DNA of 64,000 nucleotides from Escherichia coli O157:H7 (GTDB lineage Bacteria; Pseudomonadota; Gammaproteobacteria; Enterobacterales; Enterobacteriaceae): NCBI RefSeq assembly GCF_013167455.1, contig NZ_CP038328.1; one strand, 5' to 3'. Shown piece by piece: positions 1 to 8,128 of this stretch (position 1 is its first letter; each line of letters starts with the position of its first letter). The notes under the pieces were generated by a model. It saw only the letters and a program-made list of their open reading frames with translations, ran no database searches and was not told where the DNA came from. The position numbers and the translations under genes were made by a program.

Positions 1-1
1 A

Positions 2-472
2 CAGAAAGGGGGGCAGATTCGCTGCCGCTTTAAGGTTTCGGGAGCGCTGGCTGCGAACCAGTATGTTATGGCGTTTTACTGGCCGGTATCTTCACTGCCA
101 CAGGGCGTTGCCCTGACCGGAGACGGGGGGAATAACCTGCTGGCAGCGTTCTACATCCAGACAGATGCAAAAGACCTGAATGTGATGTACCACAATGCGA
201 AAGTGGCGACAAACAACCTGAAACTGGGAACCTTTGGCGCATTTGATAACGAATGGCATACGCTGGCTTTCCGCTTTGCCGGGAATAACAGCCTTCAGGT
301 GACGCCGGTTATTGATGGTCAGGATGGCACACCGTTCACGCTGACGCAGTCACCGGTCAGTGCATTTGCGGCGGATAAACTGCATGTGACAGACATTACC
401 AGGAATGCGACTTACCCGGTGCTGATTGACAGCATTGCGGTGGAAGTGAACAGCACAGACACTGCGGCATGA
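2..472 (+). CDS. C-terminal part of a larger phage protein (open to the left window edge); beta-rich, possibly lectin-like domain, as in the large ORFs found upstream of lysis genes in lambdoid prophages
   Basis: Reading frame open from position 2 with no stop until TGA at 470-472; ORF track 68..472 is only the portion from the first ATG; product assignment is a guess. Confidence 0.45.
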   Translation, partial: QKGGQIRCRFKVSGALAANQYVMAFYWPVSSLPQGVALTGDGGNNLLAAFYIQTDAKDLNVMYHNAKVATNNLKLGTFGAFDNEWHTLAFRFAGNNSLQVTPVIDGQDGTPFTLTQSPVSAFAADKLHVTDITRNATYPVLIDSIAVEVNSTDTAA

Positions 473-480
473 TAAAAAAA

Positions 481-509
481 CCGCCAGCGACAGGAATGGA
501 CGCTGGCGG
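481..509 (-). terminator. Perfect 9-bp stem hairpin (CCGCCAGCG / CGCTGGCGG) with an A7 run on its 5' side on the plus strand, i.e. a U-tract terminator if read on the minus strand
   Basis: Inverted repeat at 481-489 and 501-509, A-run 474-480. Confidence 0.3.
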
Positions 510-608
510 TGGTAATACCTATGGAGAAAAAATAAAGGAACGATACTTTCGTGCTCTGGTTTTTTAAATGAAAACAGTTCTTATTGTCAACAATAACGGA
601 AAGAAATT

Positions 609-788
609 ATGACATTTCTGAACCAGTTAATGCTGTACTTCTGTACGGTGGTCTGTGTGCTGTATCTCCTTTCGGGTGGATACCGGGCCATGCGTGACTT
701 CTGGCGCAGACAGATTGACAAAAGGGCCGCTGAGAAAATCAGCGCCAGTCAGTCAGCCGGAAGCAAACCCGAAGAGCCGCTCATTTAG
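609..788 (+). CDS. Hypothetical 59-aa protein with one N-terminal hydrophobic helix followed by a basic segment
   Basis: Hand-translated ATG 609 to TAG 786-788 (MTFLNQLMLYFCTVVCVLYLL...); below the 60-aa cutoff of the ORF track; no RBS verified. Confidence 0.3.
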   Translation: MTFLNQLMLYFCTVVCVLYLLSGGYRAMRDFWRRQIDKRAAEKISASQSAGSKPEEPLI

Positions 789-828
789 CGGCAACTTTCT
801 TAATCACACCTTTCGACGAGAAAATCCC

Positions 829-1074
829 ATGTCAGAAATTACATCCCTGGTCACTGCTGAAGCAGTGAAGGAAGTCCTGCGCTCTGAAGAAGTCCGGAGC
901 GCACTGAAACAGAAACTTCGCCATAACCTGGAAGCGCGTCTTGATGCAGAGGTTGATGCCATTCTGGATGAGCTGCTGGGCGCACCGGCAGCTCCGGAGC
1001 CGGAAGGCATCGCGGGTGAGGGGAGTGCTTCAGATAGCGGTGACCCCACACCGGACAGCGACATGATGATGTAA
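829..1074 (+). CDS. Hypothetical acidic 81-aa phage protein upstream of the holin
   Basis: Internal ATG of track ORF 655..1074; the longer N-terminal extension looks non-coding in composition. Confidence 0.35.
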   Translation: MSEITSLVTAEAVKEVLRSEEVRSALKQKLRHNLEARLDAEVDAILDELLGAPAAPEPEGIAGEGSASDSGDPTPDSDMMM

Positions 1075-1151
1075 GCATGCGTCAGGGACCATCGGTGTGT
1101 GCCGGTGGTCTTTTTTATTGTTGTGAGCTTCCGGATTGCGGGAGACGGGGT

Positions 1152-1367
1152 ATGTACCAGATGGAAAAAATCACAACAGGTGTGTCATACACCACGTCAG
1201 CGGTGGGAACGGGCTACTGGTTCCTGCAGTTGCTGGACAGGGTTTCCCCGTCTCAGTGGGCGGCAATAGGCGTGCTGGGGAGTCTGCTGTTTGGGCTGCT
1301 GACATATCTGACGAACCTGTATTTCAAGATTAAAGAAGACCGGCGTAAGGCGGCACGGGGAGAGTAA
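1152..1367 (+). CDS. Class II holin of the phage 21 S (pinholin) type, with dual-start motif (Met1 and Met4: MYQMEK)
   Basis: 71-aa product very similar to recalled S21 (GYWFLQ..., [14 protein letters not shown]..., [19 protein letters not shown]); two TM segments; in frame with track ORF 1077..1367. Confidence 0.85.
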   Translation: MYQMEKITTGVSYTTSAVGTGYWFLQLLDRVSPSQWAAIGVLGSLLFGLLTYLTNLYFKIKEDRRKAARGE

Positions 1368-1371
1368 GCTG

Positions 1372-1905
1372 ATGAGCAGGAAACTCCGCTATGGTTTATC
1401 GGCTGCCGTTCTGGCGCTGATTGCCGCAGGTGCTTCTGCGCCTGAAATCCTCGACCAGTTTCTGGATGAAAAGGAAGGTAACCACACCACAGCATACCGT
1501 GATGGTGCGGGTATCTGGACCATCTGCCGTGGAGCCACCCGGGTGGATGGTAAGCCTGTTATTCCTGGCATGAAGCTGTCGAAGGAAAAATGCGACCGGG
1601 TTAACGCCATTGAGCGTGATAAGGCGCTGGCATGGGTGGAGAAAAACATCAAAGTGCCGCTGACCGAACCCCAGAAAGCGGGGATCGCGTCATTCTGTCC
1701 GTACAACATTGGTCCCGGTAAGTGTTTCCCGTCGACGTTTTACAGACGAATTAATGCAGGTGATCGAAAAGGTGCCTGCGAAGCTATTCGCTGGTGGATT
1801 AAGGACGGTGGCAGAGACTGCCGTATTCGTTCAAACAACTGTTACGGTCAGGTATCCCGTCGTGACCAGGAGAGCGCGCTGGCGTGCTGGGGAATCGACA
1901 GATAA
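1372..1905 (+). CDS. SAR endolysin, glycoside hydrolase family 24 (T4-lysozyme fold) with N-terminal signal-anchor-release segment
   Basis: N-terminal hydrophobic stretch YGLSAAVLALIAAGASA followed by E-x8-D-x5-T catalytic spacing (EGNHTTAYRDGAGIWT); ATG overlaps the holin stop region. Confidence 0.9.
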   Translation: MSRKLRYGLSAAVLALIAAGASAPEILDQFLDEKEGNHTTAYRDGAGIWTICRGATRVDGKPVIPGMKLSKEKCDRVNAIERDKALAWVEKNIKVPLTEPQKAGIASFCPYNIGPGKCFPSTFYRRINAGDRKGACEAIRWWIKDGGRDCRIRSNNCYGQVSRRDQESALACWGIDR

Positions 1906-2044
1906 GAAGAATATTTTGCTGAAAAATGAGGTTTGCTTACATGGACGGATAACACGAAATCCTGCAAATTGGCAAAATGTAAGTGAATAAAGTCAAAACA
2001 GTTGTTTAACACTCAGGCACCGTAATGATGCCTTTGTCATTTCT

Positions 2045-2066
2045 GCGCATCTCACGCGCATCTCAC
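2045..2066. repeat. Tandem direct repeat 2 x 11 bp (GCGCATCTCAC) upstream of the antirepressor-like gene
   Basis: Exact duplication seen at 2045-2055 and 2056-2066. Confidence 0.8.
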
Positions 2067-2175
2067 AACACAGAACCTTTCAGGATGACCCTTGAGGATA
2101 CCGGTTTGGCTGTCGGTGCCTTTCTGTGGGCTGGATTCCTGTGAGACAAGGTTCATCACTAAAAGGAAATAACCG

Positions 2176-2745
2176 ATGAATATGATGGCCGTGCCGTTTC
2201 ACGGCAACTCTCTTTATGTAGTTAACCATAATGGCGAACCATACGTTCCCATGAAACCTGTCGTTGCGGGGATGGGGCTGGCCTGGCAATCACAGTTGGC
2301 TAAGTTAAGACAGCGTTTTGCGTCAACTATAACGGAAATCGTTATGGTTGCTGAGGATGGGAAACAACGCAATATGGTGTCCATGCCACTTCGAAAACTT
2401 GCCGGCTGGCTACAAACCATTAATCCCAACAAAGTAAAACCCGAAATCCGCGATAAGGTCATCCGGTATCAGGAAGAGTGCGACGATGTTCTTTACGAGT
2501 ACTGGACGAAGGGTTTTGTCGTTAATCCCCGTAAAATGAGCGTGATGGAAGAACTCAACCAGGCTTGTGCTGACATGAAACGGGATAAAAACATTGCCAG
2601 TGTGTTTGCTACCGGGCTGAATGAGTGGAAACAGGTTAAAGCCGCGCATGTATCAAAAATCCGTACGCTGGTAAATGAAGCGAATATGCTGATTGATTTT
2701 GTCCTGGCTGATACAGGCAAAGGGAAAATAACAAAGGCGGATTGA
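2176..2745 (+). CDS. Phage antirepressor-like protein (Bro-N / AntA-type N-terminal domain) inserted between endolysin and spanin genes
   Basis: 189-aa ORF; N-terminal region resembles phage antirepressor family proteins; the same R-ant-Rz arrangement occurs in other lambdoid prophages. Confidence 0.6.
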   Translation: MNMMAVPFHGNSLYVVNHNGEPYVPMKPVVAGMGLAWQSQLAKLRQRFASTITEIVMVAEDGKQRNMVSMPLRKLAGWLQTINPNKVKPEIRDKVIRYQEECDDVLYEYWTKGFVVNPRKMSVMEELNQACADMKRDKNIASVFATGLNEWKQVKAAHVSKIRTLVNEANMLIDFVLADTGKGKITKAD

Positions 2746-2898
2746 TGGGGTGGCTAATGATATCAGATAAACTCATAACGCTGGTGAAGAGCCTCTGTGT
2801 ACTTGTCGGCATTTCATTTTTAGTCATGCTGGTTGCCATTTTCTTTTCCACCGCCTGGCGAGTCCTGACGTTATCGGGACTGGTGGGGTGAAAGAGAG

Positions 2899-3366
2899 AT
2901 GAACCGTGTTCTGTGTGTGGTGATTATTGTCCTGGCGGTTGGCTGTGGTGCGCTGTGGCTGGCAACAAACCATTACCGTGACAACGCGCTCACCTACAAA
3001 GCGCAGCGCGATAAAAAAGCCAGAGAGCTGGAACAGGCGAATGCCACCATTACTGACATGCAGGTGCGCCAGCGTGATGTTGCTGCGCTCGATGCAAAAT
3101 ACTCGAGGGAGTTAGCCGATGCGAGAGCTGAAAATGAAACTCTGCGTGCTGATGTTGCCGCTGGTCGTAAGCGCCTGCGGATCAACGCCACCTGCTCCGG
3201 TACCGTGCGTGAAGCCACCGGCACCTCCGGCGTGGATAATGCAACCGGCCCCCGACTGGCAGACACCGCTGAACGGGATTATTTCATCCTCAGAGAACGG
3301 TTGATGACAATGCAGAAGCAGCTGGAAGGGGCACAGGACTATATCCGCACTCAGTGCCTGAACTAA
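2899..3366 (+). CDS. Rz: Inner-membrane spanin (Rz)
   Basis: 155 aa with N-terminal TM helix and coiled-coil-like charged region; position after the endolysin; Rz1 is embedded in the +1 frame. Confidence 0.85.
   Translation: MNRVLCVVIIVLAVGCGALWLATNHYRDNALTYKAQRDKKARELEQANATITDMQVRQRDVAALDAKYSRELADARAENETLRADVAAGRKRLRINATCSGTVREATGTSGVDNATGPRLADTAERDYFILRERLMTMQKQLEGAQDYIRTQCLN
3119..3304 (+). CDS. Rz1: Outer-membrane lipoprotein spanin (Rz1), embedded within Rz
   Basis: 61 aa; lipobox VVSAC|G; proline-rich mature part closely matching recalled lambda Rz1 ([27 protein letters not shown]). Confidence 0.8.
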   Translation: MRELKMKLCVLMLPLVVSACGSTPPAPVPCVKPPAPPAWIMQPAPDWQTPLNGIISSSENG

Positions 3367-3599
3367 GTTTTGCTGATGCGCCGTATCGTCGCCGTATTCC
3401 TGCATTAACAGAGACCGCAGCCCGACAGGGAGACTCCTCTGCGAGAGTGTGCGGGGATAATCAAAAACGATACACACCGGGGTTTACCGCGTTAACGGAG
3501 CGCGGTGTTGTCCCCTCATAGTCGCCAGTCCGGTGCGATGGTGGAAGAAACTGGATTTTGTTGCAAATGATAACCATTATCATTTTGCGGGTCCTCCTG

Positions 3600-3820
3600 G
3601 TGGGGTGGGCCTGAACACGGGGCGGGCGGGCGCGGAAAAAGGCGCATTTTTGTGATTTTATCGTCATCATCATCATGATGGTAACTTGTTGTTTTTAATG
3701 CTGTTAGTATTAAAAAGATGATGATTGTGGTTGTTTTTTGTTCGACATCTTTATATGGCGGCATTTCTTTACAAAAAAACAGAGTCACTTCTGTTCTGCG
3801 GTTTATGTGGAGGGATGTAA
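3600..3820. other. Putative cohesive-end (cos) site: cosN-like GC-rich core around 3617-3635, followed by about 190 bp of AT-rich cosB-like sequence before the small terminase gene
   Basis: ACGGGGCGGGCGGGCGCGG resembles the lambda cosN context ACGGGGCGGCGACCT; spacing from this core to the terminase small subunit start (about 200 bp) matches lambda cosN-to-Nu1. Confidence 0.45.
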
Positions 3821-4297
3821 ATGGACGGCGAGCTGAAAAATATGAAGTTAAATATTAATCAACTGGCAGCCCTTTCAGGTCTGCACCGGCAGACTGTTGC
3901 CGCCAGAATGGCGGATGTTCCTCTTGCACCAGGCAGTAATGAAAAGAAAAAACTGTATCTCCTGACGGATTTGATAACTTCGTTGCTGGAAAAACCACCA
4001 TCTTCCGAAGATGAGGATATGGATCCTCACGCTCGTAAGGCATGGTATCAGTCCGAGCGCGAGCGTCTTAAATTTCAGCATGAAACTGTTCAGCTTGTGC
4101 CAGTCAGTGATGTCAGGCGGTCCTTTTCTGTCGTGGTGAAAGCGATAGTTCAGGTACTGGAAACCTGGCCTGACCGGCTGGAGAGGGACAGGGGGTGGAC
4201 TGCATCACAACTGAATGAAGTACAGATTGTGGTTGATGAGATCCGCGACACACTGGAAAAGGCAGTCATTGACTGTTGTGATGAGGCCGATATGTGA
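3821..4297 (+). CDS. Terminase small subunit (Nu1-like, N-terminal HTH)
   Basis: 158-aa ORF directly upstream of and overlapping the large terminase; the N-terminus (NINQLAALSGLHRQTVAARM) looks like a DNA-binding helix-turn-helix. Confidence 0.75.
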   Translation: MDGELKNMKLNINQLAALSGLHRQTVAARMADVPLAPGSNEKKKLYLLTDLITSLLEKPPSSEDEDMDPHARKAWYQSERERLKFQHETVQLVPVSDVRRSFSVVVKAIVQVLETWPDRLERDRGWTASQLNEVQIVVDEIRDTLEKAVIDCCDEADM

Positions 4298-6417
4298 ATC
4301 AGGTGAACGAGAGCCATAGCCGCGCATCCGATATCTGGCGCGAAGTGGCCTCGCTGTTTCGCCCACCCAGCCGGTTACCAGTAGCGGAAGCCATCAGGCG
4401 TTATATGCGGGTTCCACGGGGAGCCAATACTTCCGGTCCGTGGGAGTCATCGCTGACGCCCTATATGATTGACCCCATTAATACATTATCAGCCCGTGAA
4501 TATGACGCGGTGGTGTTTGTGGGACCTGCGCGAACCGGGAAAACCGAAGGGCTGATTGATGGCTGGATTGTGTACGGCATCATCTGTGATCCGGCGGATA
4601 TGCTGGTGGTGCAGATGACTGAGACGAAGGCGCGTGAGCATTCCAGAACGCGTCTTTCCAGGACGTTTCGCCACAGTCCGGAGGTCAGCAAGCGCCTCAG
4701 TCCTTCCCGTAATGACAACAACGTCCACGATAAAATGTTTCTTGACGGCTCCTTCCTGAAGATTGGCTGGCCGTCGATCACCGTCTTTTCCTCTTCGGAT
4801 TACCGTCGTGTGGCGCTGACGGATTATGACCGTTTCCCTGAAAATGTGGACGGGGAAGGGGATGCCTTCACGCTGGCCTCAAAGCGTACCACCACCTTTA
4901 TGTCCTCGGGGATGACCCTGGTCGAGAGTTCACCGGGGCGGGATATCACCGATACCAAATGGCGTTGTGGTGGCGCACATGAGGCACCGCCAACAACGGG
5001 GATCCTGTCACTGTATAACCGGGGAGACCGCCGCCGGTGGTACTGGCCGTGTCCGCACTGCGGGGAATATTTTCAGCCGGTGATGGATAACATGACCGGA
5101 TACCGGAATAACCCGGATTTTGTGGCTGCCGGTCAGGCTGCCCGTCTGATGTGTCCGCATTGTCGCGGGCTGATTGCCCCTGAGCAGAAACGCGAACTGA
5201 ATAACCAGGGGATCTGGCTTCGTGAAGGTGAACGGGCGGCGGCGGACGGCAGTATCACCGGAACGCCACGAAACTCCCGGATTGCGTCATTTTGGATGGA
5301 GGGGCCAGCTGCGGCGTTTCAGACCTGGGAACAACTGATTTTTAAACTGCTGGCGGCAGAAGAAGAGTATGAGCGAACCGGCAGTGAAGAGACCCTGAAA
5401 GCGGTGGTGAACACCGATATCGGACGACCCTATCTGCCCCGTTCAGCCACGGAACAGCGTAAAAGTGAACTGCTTGAACAGCGTGCCGAGCCGTTTCCCC
5501 GGCGATCTGTGCCGGATGGTGTGCGTTTTATTGAGGCAACGGTTGACGTACAGGGCGGTAAAAATCGCCGTTTTGTTGTGCAGATCACCGGATACGGAGA
5601 GCAGGGGGAACGCTGGATTGTTGATCGCTACAACATCCGGCATTCACTGCGCTGCAGTCCCAACGGTGAAAGTCTGCCGGTTGATCCGGCGGCATATCCG
5701 GAGGACTGGGATTTGTTGCTGACGGATGTGTTCCATAAAACATGGCCGCTGGCTTCTGATCCGGATGTGCGCATGCGTCTGATGGCCATGGCGGTGGATA
5801 CGGGAGGGGAAGCCGGGGTGACAGATAACGCCTATCGTTTCTGGCGTCGTTGCCGGAGTGACGGACTGGGCAACAGGGTGTTTCTGTTCAAGGGGGATGG
5901 ACTTCGCCGTGACAGGCTGATTAACCGAACCTTCCCGGATAATACCGGCAGAAGTGCCCGCCGTGCCAGAGCCAGTGGCGATGTCGCGCTGTGGCTGGTT
6001 CAGACGGATGCGTTTAAGGATCGTGTAAATAATGCCCTGTGGCGTGACACACCAGGGCCGAACTATATCCACTTTCCCGACTGGCTGGGGCGGTGGTTTT
6101 ACGATGAGCTGACCTATGAAGAGCGCGGCAGTGACGGAAAATGGCGAAAACCGGGCAGGGGCGCTAACGAAGCGTTTGACCTGCTGGTTTATGCGGATGC
6201 GCTTGCCGTTCTGCATGGTTACGAAAAGATCCGCTGGCCCTCCGCACCGGACTGGGCACAGCGGGAAACGTGGCTCGTCTTCCCGCAGGAGCGTTCTGGT
6301 GAAACGGTATCCCCGGAACTGACGGCCGGGGCAGAAAAACGCCGTCGCCGGAAGAAAAAACTGCGGACGGAGCGTGCGGAAGATAATCCATGGATAACAT
6401 CAGGAGGCTGGTTGTGA
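4294..6417 (+). CDS. Terminase large subunit (lambda gpA family); apparent GTG start overlapping the terS stop
   Basis: 707 aa; N-terminal SLFRP motif and overall similarity to lambda A; Walker-A-like VGPARTGKTE. Confidence 0.9.
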   Translation: MNQVNESHSRASDIWREVASLFRPPSRLPVAEAIRRYMRVPRGANTSGPWESSLTPYMIDPINTLSAREYDAVVFVGPARTGKTEGLIDGWIVYGIICDPADMLVVQMTETKAREHSRTRLSRTFRHSPEVSKRLSPSRNDNNVHDKMFLDGSFLKIGWPSITVFSSSDYRRVALTDYDRFPENVDGEGDAFTLASKRTTTFMSSGMTLVESSPGRDITDTKWRCGGAHEAPPTTGILSLYNRGDRRRWYWPCPHCGEYFQPVMDNMTGYRNNPDFVAAGQAARLMCPHCRGLIAPEQKRELNNQGIWLREGERAAADGSITGTPRNSRIASFWMEGPAAAFQTWEQLIFKLLAAEEEYERTGSEETLKAVVNTDIGRPYLPRSATEQRKSELLEQRAEPFPRRSVPDGVRFIEATVDVQGGKNRRFVVQITGYGEQGERWIVDRYNIRHSLRCSPNGESLPVDPAAYPEDWDLLLTDVFHKTWPLASDPDVRMRLMAMAVDTGGEAGVTDNAYRFWRRCRSDGLGNRVFLFKGDGLRRDRLINRTFPDNTGRSARRARASGDVALWLVQTDAFKDRVNNALWRDTPGPNYIHFPDWLGRWFYDELTYEERGSDGKWRKPGRGANEAFDLLVYADALAVLHGYEKIRWPSAPDWAQRETWLVFPQERSGETVSPELTAGAEKRRRRKKKLRTERAEDNPWITSGGWL

Positions 6418-6626
6418 GCACAGAAGAAGCCAGAGAAATGATACAGCGGTACCGTGAAGCGGAAATGGCCGTACTGGAGGGAAAGTCTGTCATCTTCAAC
6501 GGGCAGCAACTGACGCTGGAAAGCCTTTCTCAGATCCGCGCCGGACGTCAGGAGTGGGAACGCAGGCTTGCCGCGATGGTGAGCCGCAGGCGGGGAAAAC
6601 CGGGATTTAAACTGGCGAGGTTTTAA
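6414..6626 (+). CDS. W: Head-tail joining protein W
   Basis: 70-aa product from GTG 6414, which follows AGGAGG at 6402-6407; C-terminus RRRGKPGF resembles lambda W (RRRGPAGF); the track ORF starts 8 codons earlier at ATG 6390. Confidence 0.7.
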   Translation: MSTEEAREMIQRYREAEMAVLEGKSVIFNGQQLTLESLSQIRAGRQEWERRLAAMVSRRRGKPGFKLARF

Positions 6627-8128
6627 TGGCAATTATTGATGATGTGATCGGCGTGTTTTCCCCCGGGTGGAAAGCAGCCAGACTGCGTTCAAGGGCGTTA
6701 ATCATGGCCTATGAGGCGGTGAAACCGACCCGGACACATAAAGCCCGGCGGGAAAATCGCTCTGCTGATCAGCTCAGTAAATACGGTGCGGTTTCCCTGC
6801 GGGAGCAGGCCCGTTTTCTGGATATCAATCATGACCTGGTGATTGGTGTGTTTGACAAGCTGGAAGAGCGGGTGATTGGTGCCAGGGGAATTATTGTGGA
6901 GCCTCAGCCATTACGAAAAAACGGGGAAATGGCGGCTGAGCTGGCTGCGGATATCCGCCGTTTGTGGGCTGAATGGTCCGTGAGTCCGGATGTGACAGGG
7001 CAGTATACCCGTCCTGTGCTTGAACGTTTACTGCTGCGGACCTGGCTGCGGGATGGTGAAGTGTTTGCGCAGATGGTCAGTGGTGCGGGAAACGGTCTGG
7101 AACGGACGGCGGGAGTGCCATTCTGGCTTGAGGCGATGGAGCCGGATTTTGTTCCCATGCGCACTGATGAATCCGCCGGACTGAATCAGGGGGTTTTTCT
7201 TGATGAGTGGGGAAGACCGAAAAAATATCTGGTTTATAAAAATTATCCGGTCAGCGGCCGGCAGAGTGATACGAAAGAAATCGCTGCCGGAAAAATGATC
7301 CACCTGAAGTTCACTCGTCGTCTGCATCAGACGCGAGGCTCATCCATGTTATCGGGGGTGCTGATGCGGATCAGTGCCCTTAAGGAGTATGAGGATGCGG
7401 AACTGACAGCGGCGCGTATTGCTGCGGCGCTGGGACTGTATATCCGTAAAGGTGACGGACAGGACTATGAAGATCCGGGGATCAAAGAGACCGAGCGGGA
7501 AGTCCATATCACCCCGGGTATTATTTATGACGATTTGCGCAAGGGCGAGGATATCGGCATGGTCAAATCTGACCGTCCCAATCCCAACCTTGAAACTTTC
7601 CGCAACGGCCAGTTGCGTGCAGTGGCAGCAGGCAGTCGTCTGAGTTTTTCCAGTGCGGCGCGTAACTATAACGGCACCTACAGCGCCCAGCGGCAGGAGC
7701 TGGTCGAGTCCACGGATGGTTACCTGATCCTGCAGGACTGTTTTATTGGCGCGGTAACCCGCCCGGTGTACCGGACATGGCTGAATATGGTGGTTGCGGC
7801 AGGTCTGCTGAAAATTCCGGCGGATGTGGAGATGAAAACGCTATATAACGCGACGTATTCCGGTCCGGTGATGCCGTGGATCGACCCGGTTAAGGAAGCT
7901 GAAGCCTGGAGAATTCAGATCCGGGGTGGTGCAGCGACAGAATCTGACTGGGTGCGTGCCGGTGGGCGCAATCCGGATGAGGTCAAACGTCGCCGCAAGG
8001 CTGAAATTGATGAAAACAGCAGACTGGGGCTGGTCTTTGATACTGACCCCGTCAACGACAAAGGAGGCAACAGTGCCGGAACTGAACGACAGTATCAGCG
8101 CGACACCGAAAGCCAGCATGAAGAATAA
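6626..8128 (+). CDS. B: Portal protein (lambda gpB family)
   Basis: 500 aa; position and similarity to lambda B; ATG overlaps the W stop (TAATG). Confidence 0.9.
   Translation: MAIIDDVIGVFSPGWKAARLRSRALIMAYEAVKPTRTHKARRENRSADQLSKYGAVSLREQARFLDINHDLVIGVFDKLEERVIGARGIIVEPQPLRKNGEMAAELAADIRRLWAEWSVSPDVTGQYTRPVLERLLLRTWLRDGEVFAQMVSGAGNGLERTAGVPFWLEAMEPDFVPMRTDESAGLNQGVFLDEWGRPKKYLVYKNYPVSGRQSDTKEIAAGKMIHLKFTRRLHQTRGSSMLSGVLMRISALKEYEDAELTAARIAAALGLYIRKGDGQDYEDPGIKETEREVHITPGIIYDDLRKGEDIGMVKSDRPNPNLETFRNGQLRAVAAGSRLSFSSAARNYNGTYSAQRQELVESTDGYLILQDCFIGAVTRPVYRTWLNMVVAAGLLKIPADVEMKTLYNATYSGPVMPWIDPVKEAEAWRIQIRGGAATESDWVRAGGRNPDEVKRRRKAEIDENSRLGLVFDTDPVNDKGGNSAGTERQYQRDTESQHEE

Noticed and set aside
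655-1074. 139-aa version of the ORF upstream of the holin
   Set aside because: The N-terminal 58 residues look non-coding in composition (Cys/Arg/Ser-rich); the internal ATG at 829 giving 81 aa is preferred, and even that is low confidence
2756-2902. Possible 48-codon ORF between the antirepressor-like gene and Rz
   Set aside because: On careful re-reading the frame gives a non-hydrophobic, low-plausibility peptide with no RBS; an initial reading as a membrane peptide was a mis-frame
3461-3788. Minus-strand ORFs of 71 and 90 aa in the cos region
   Set aside because: Fall in the AT-rich non-coding cos region; the poly-Asp/His translation is a low-complexity artefact
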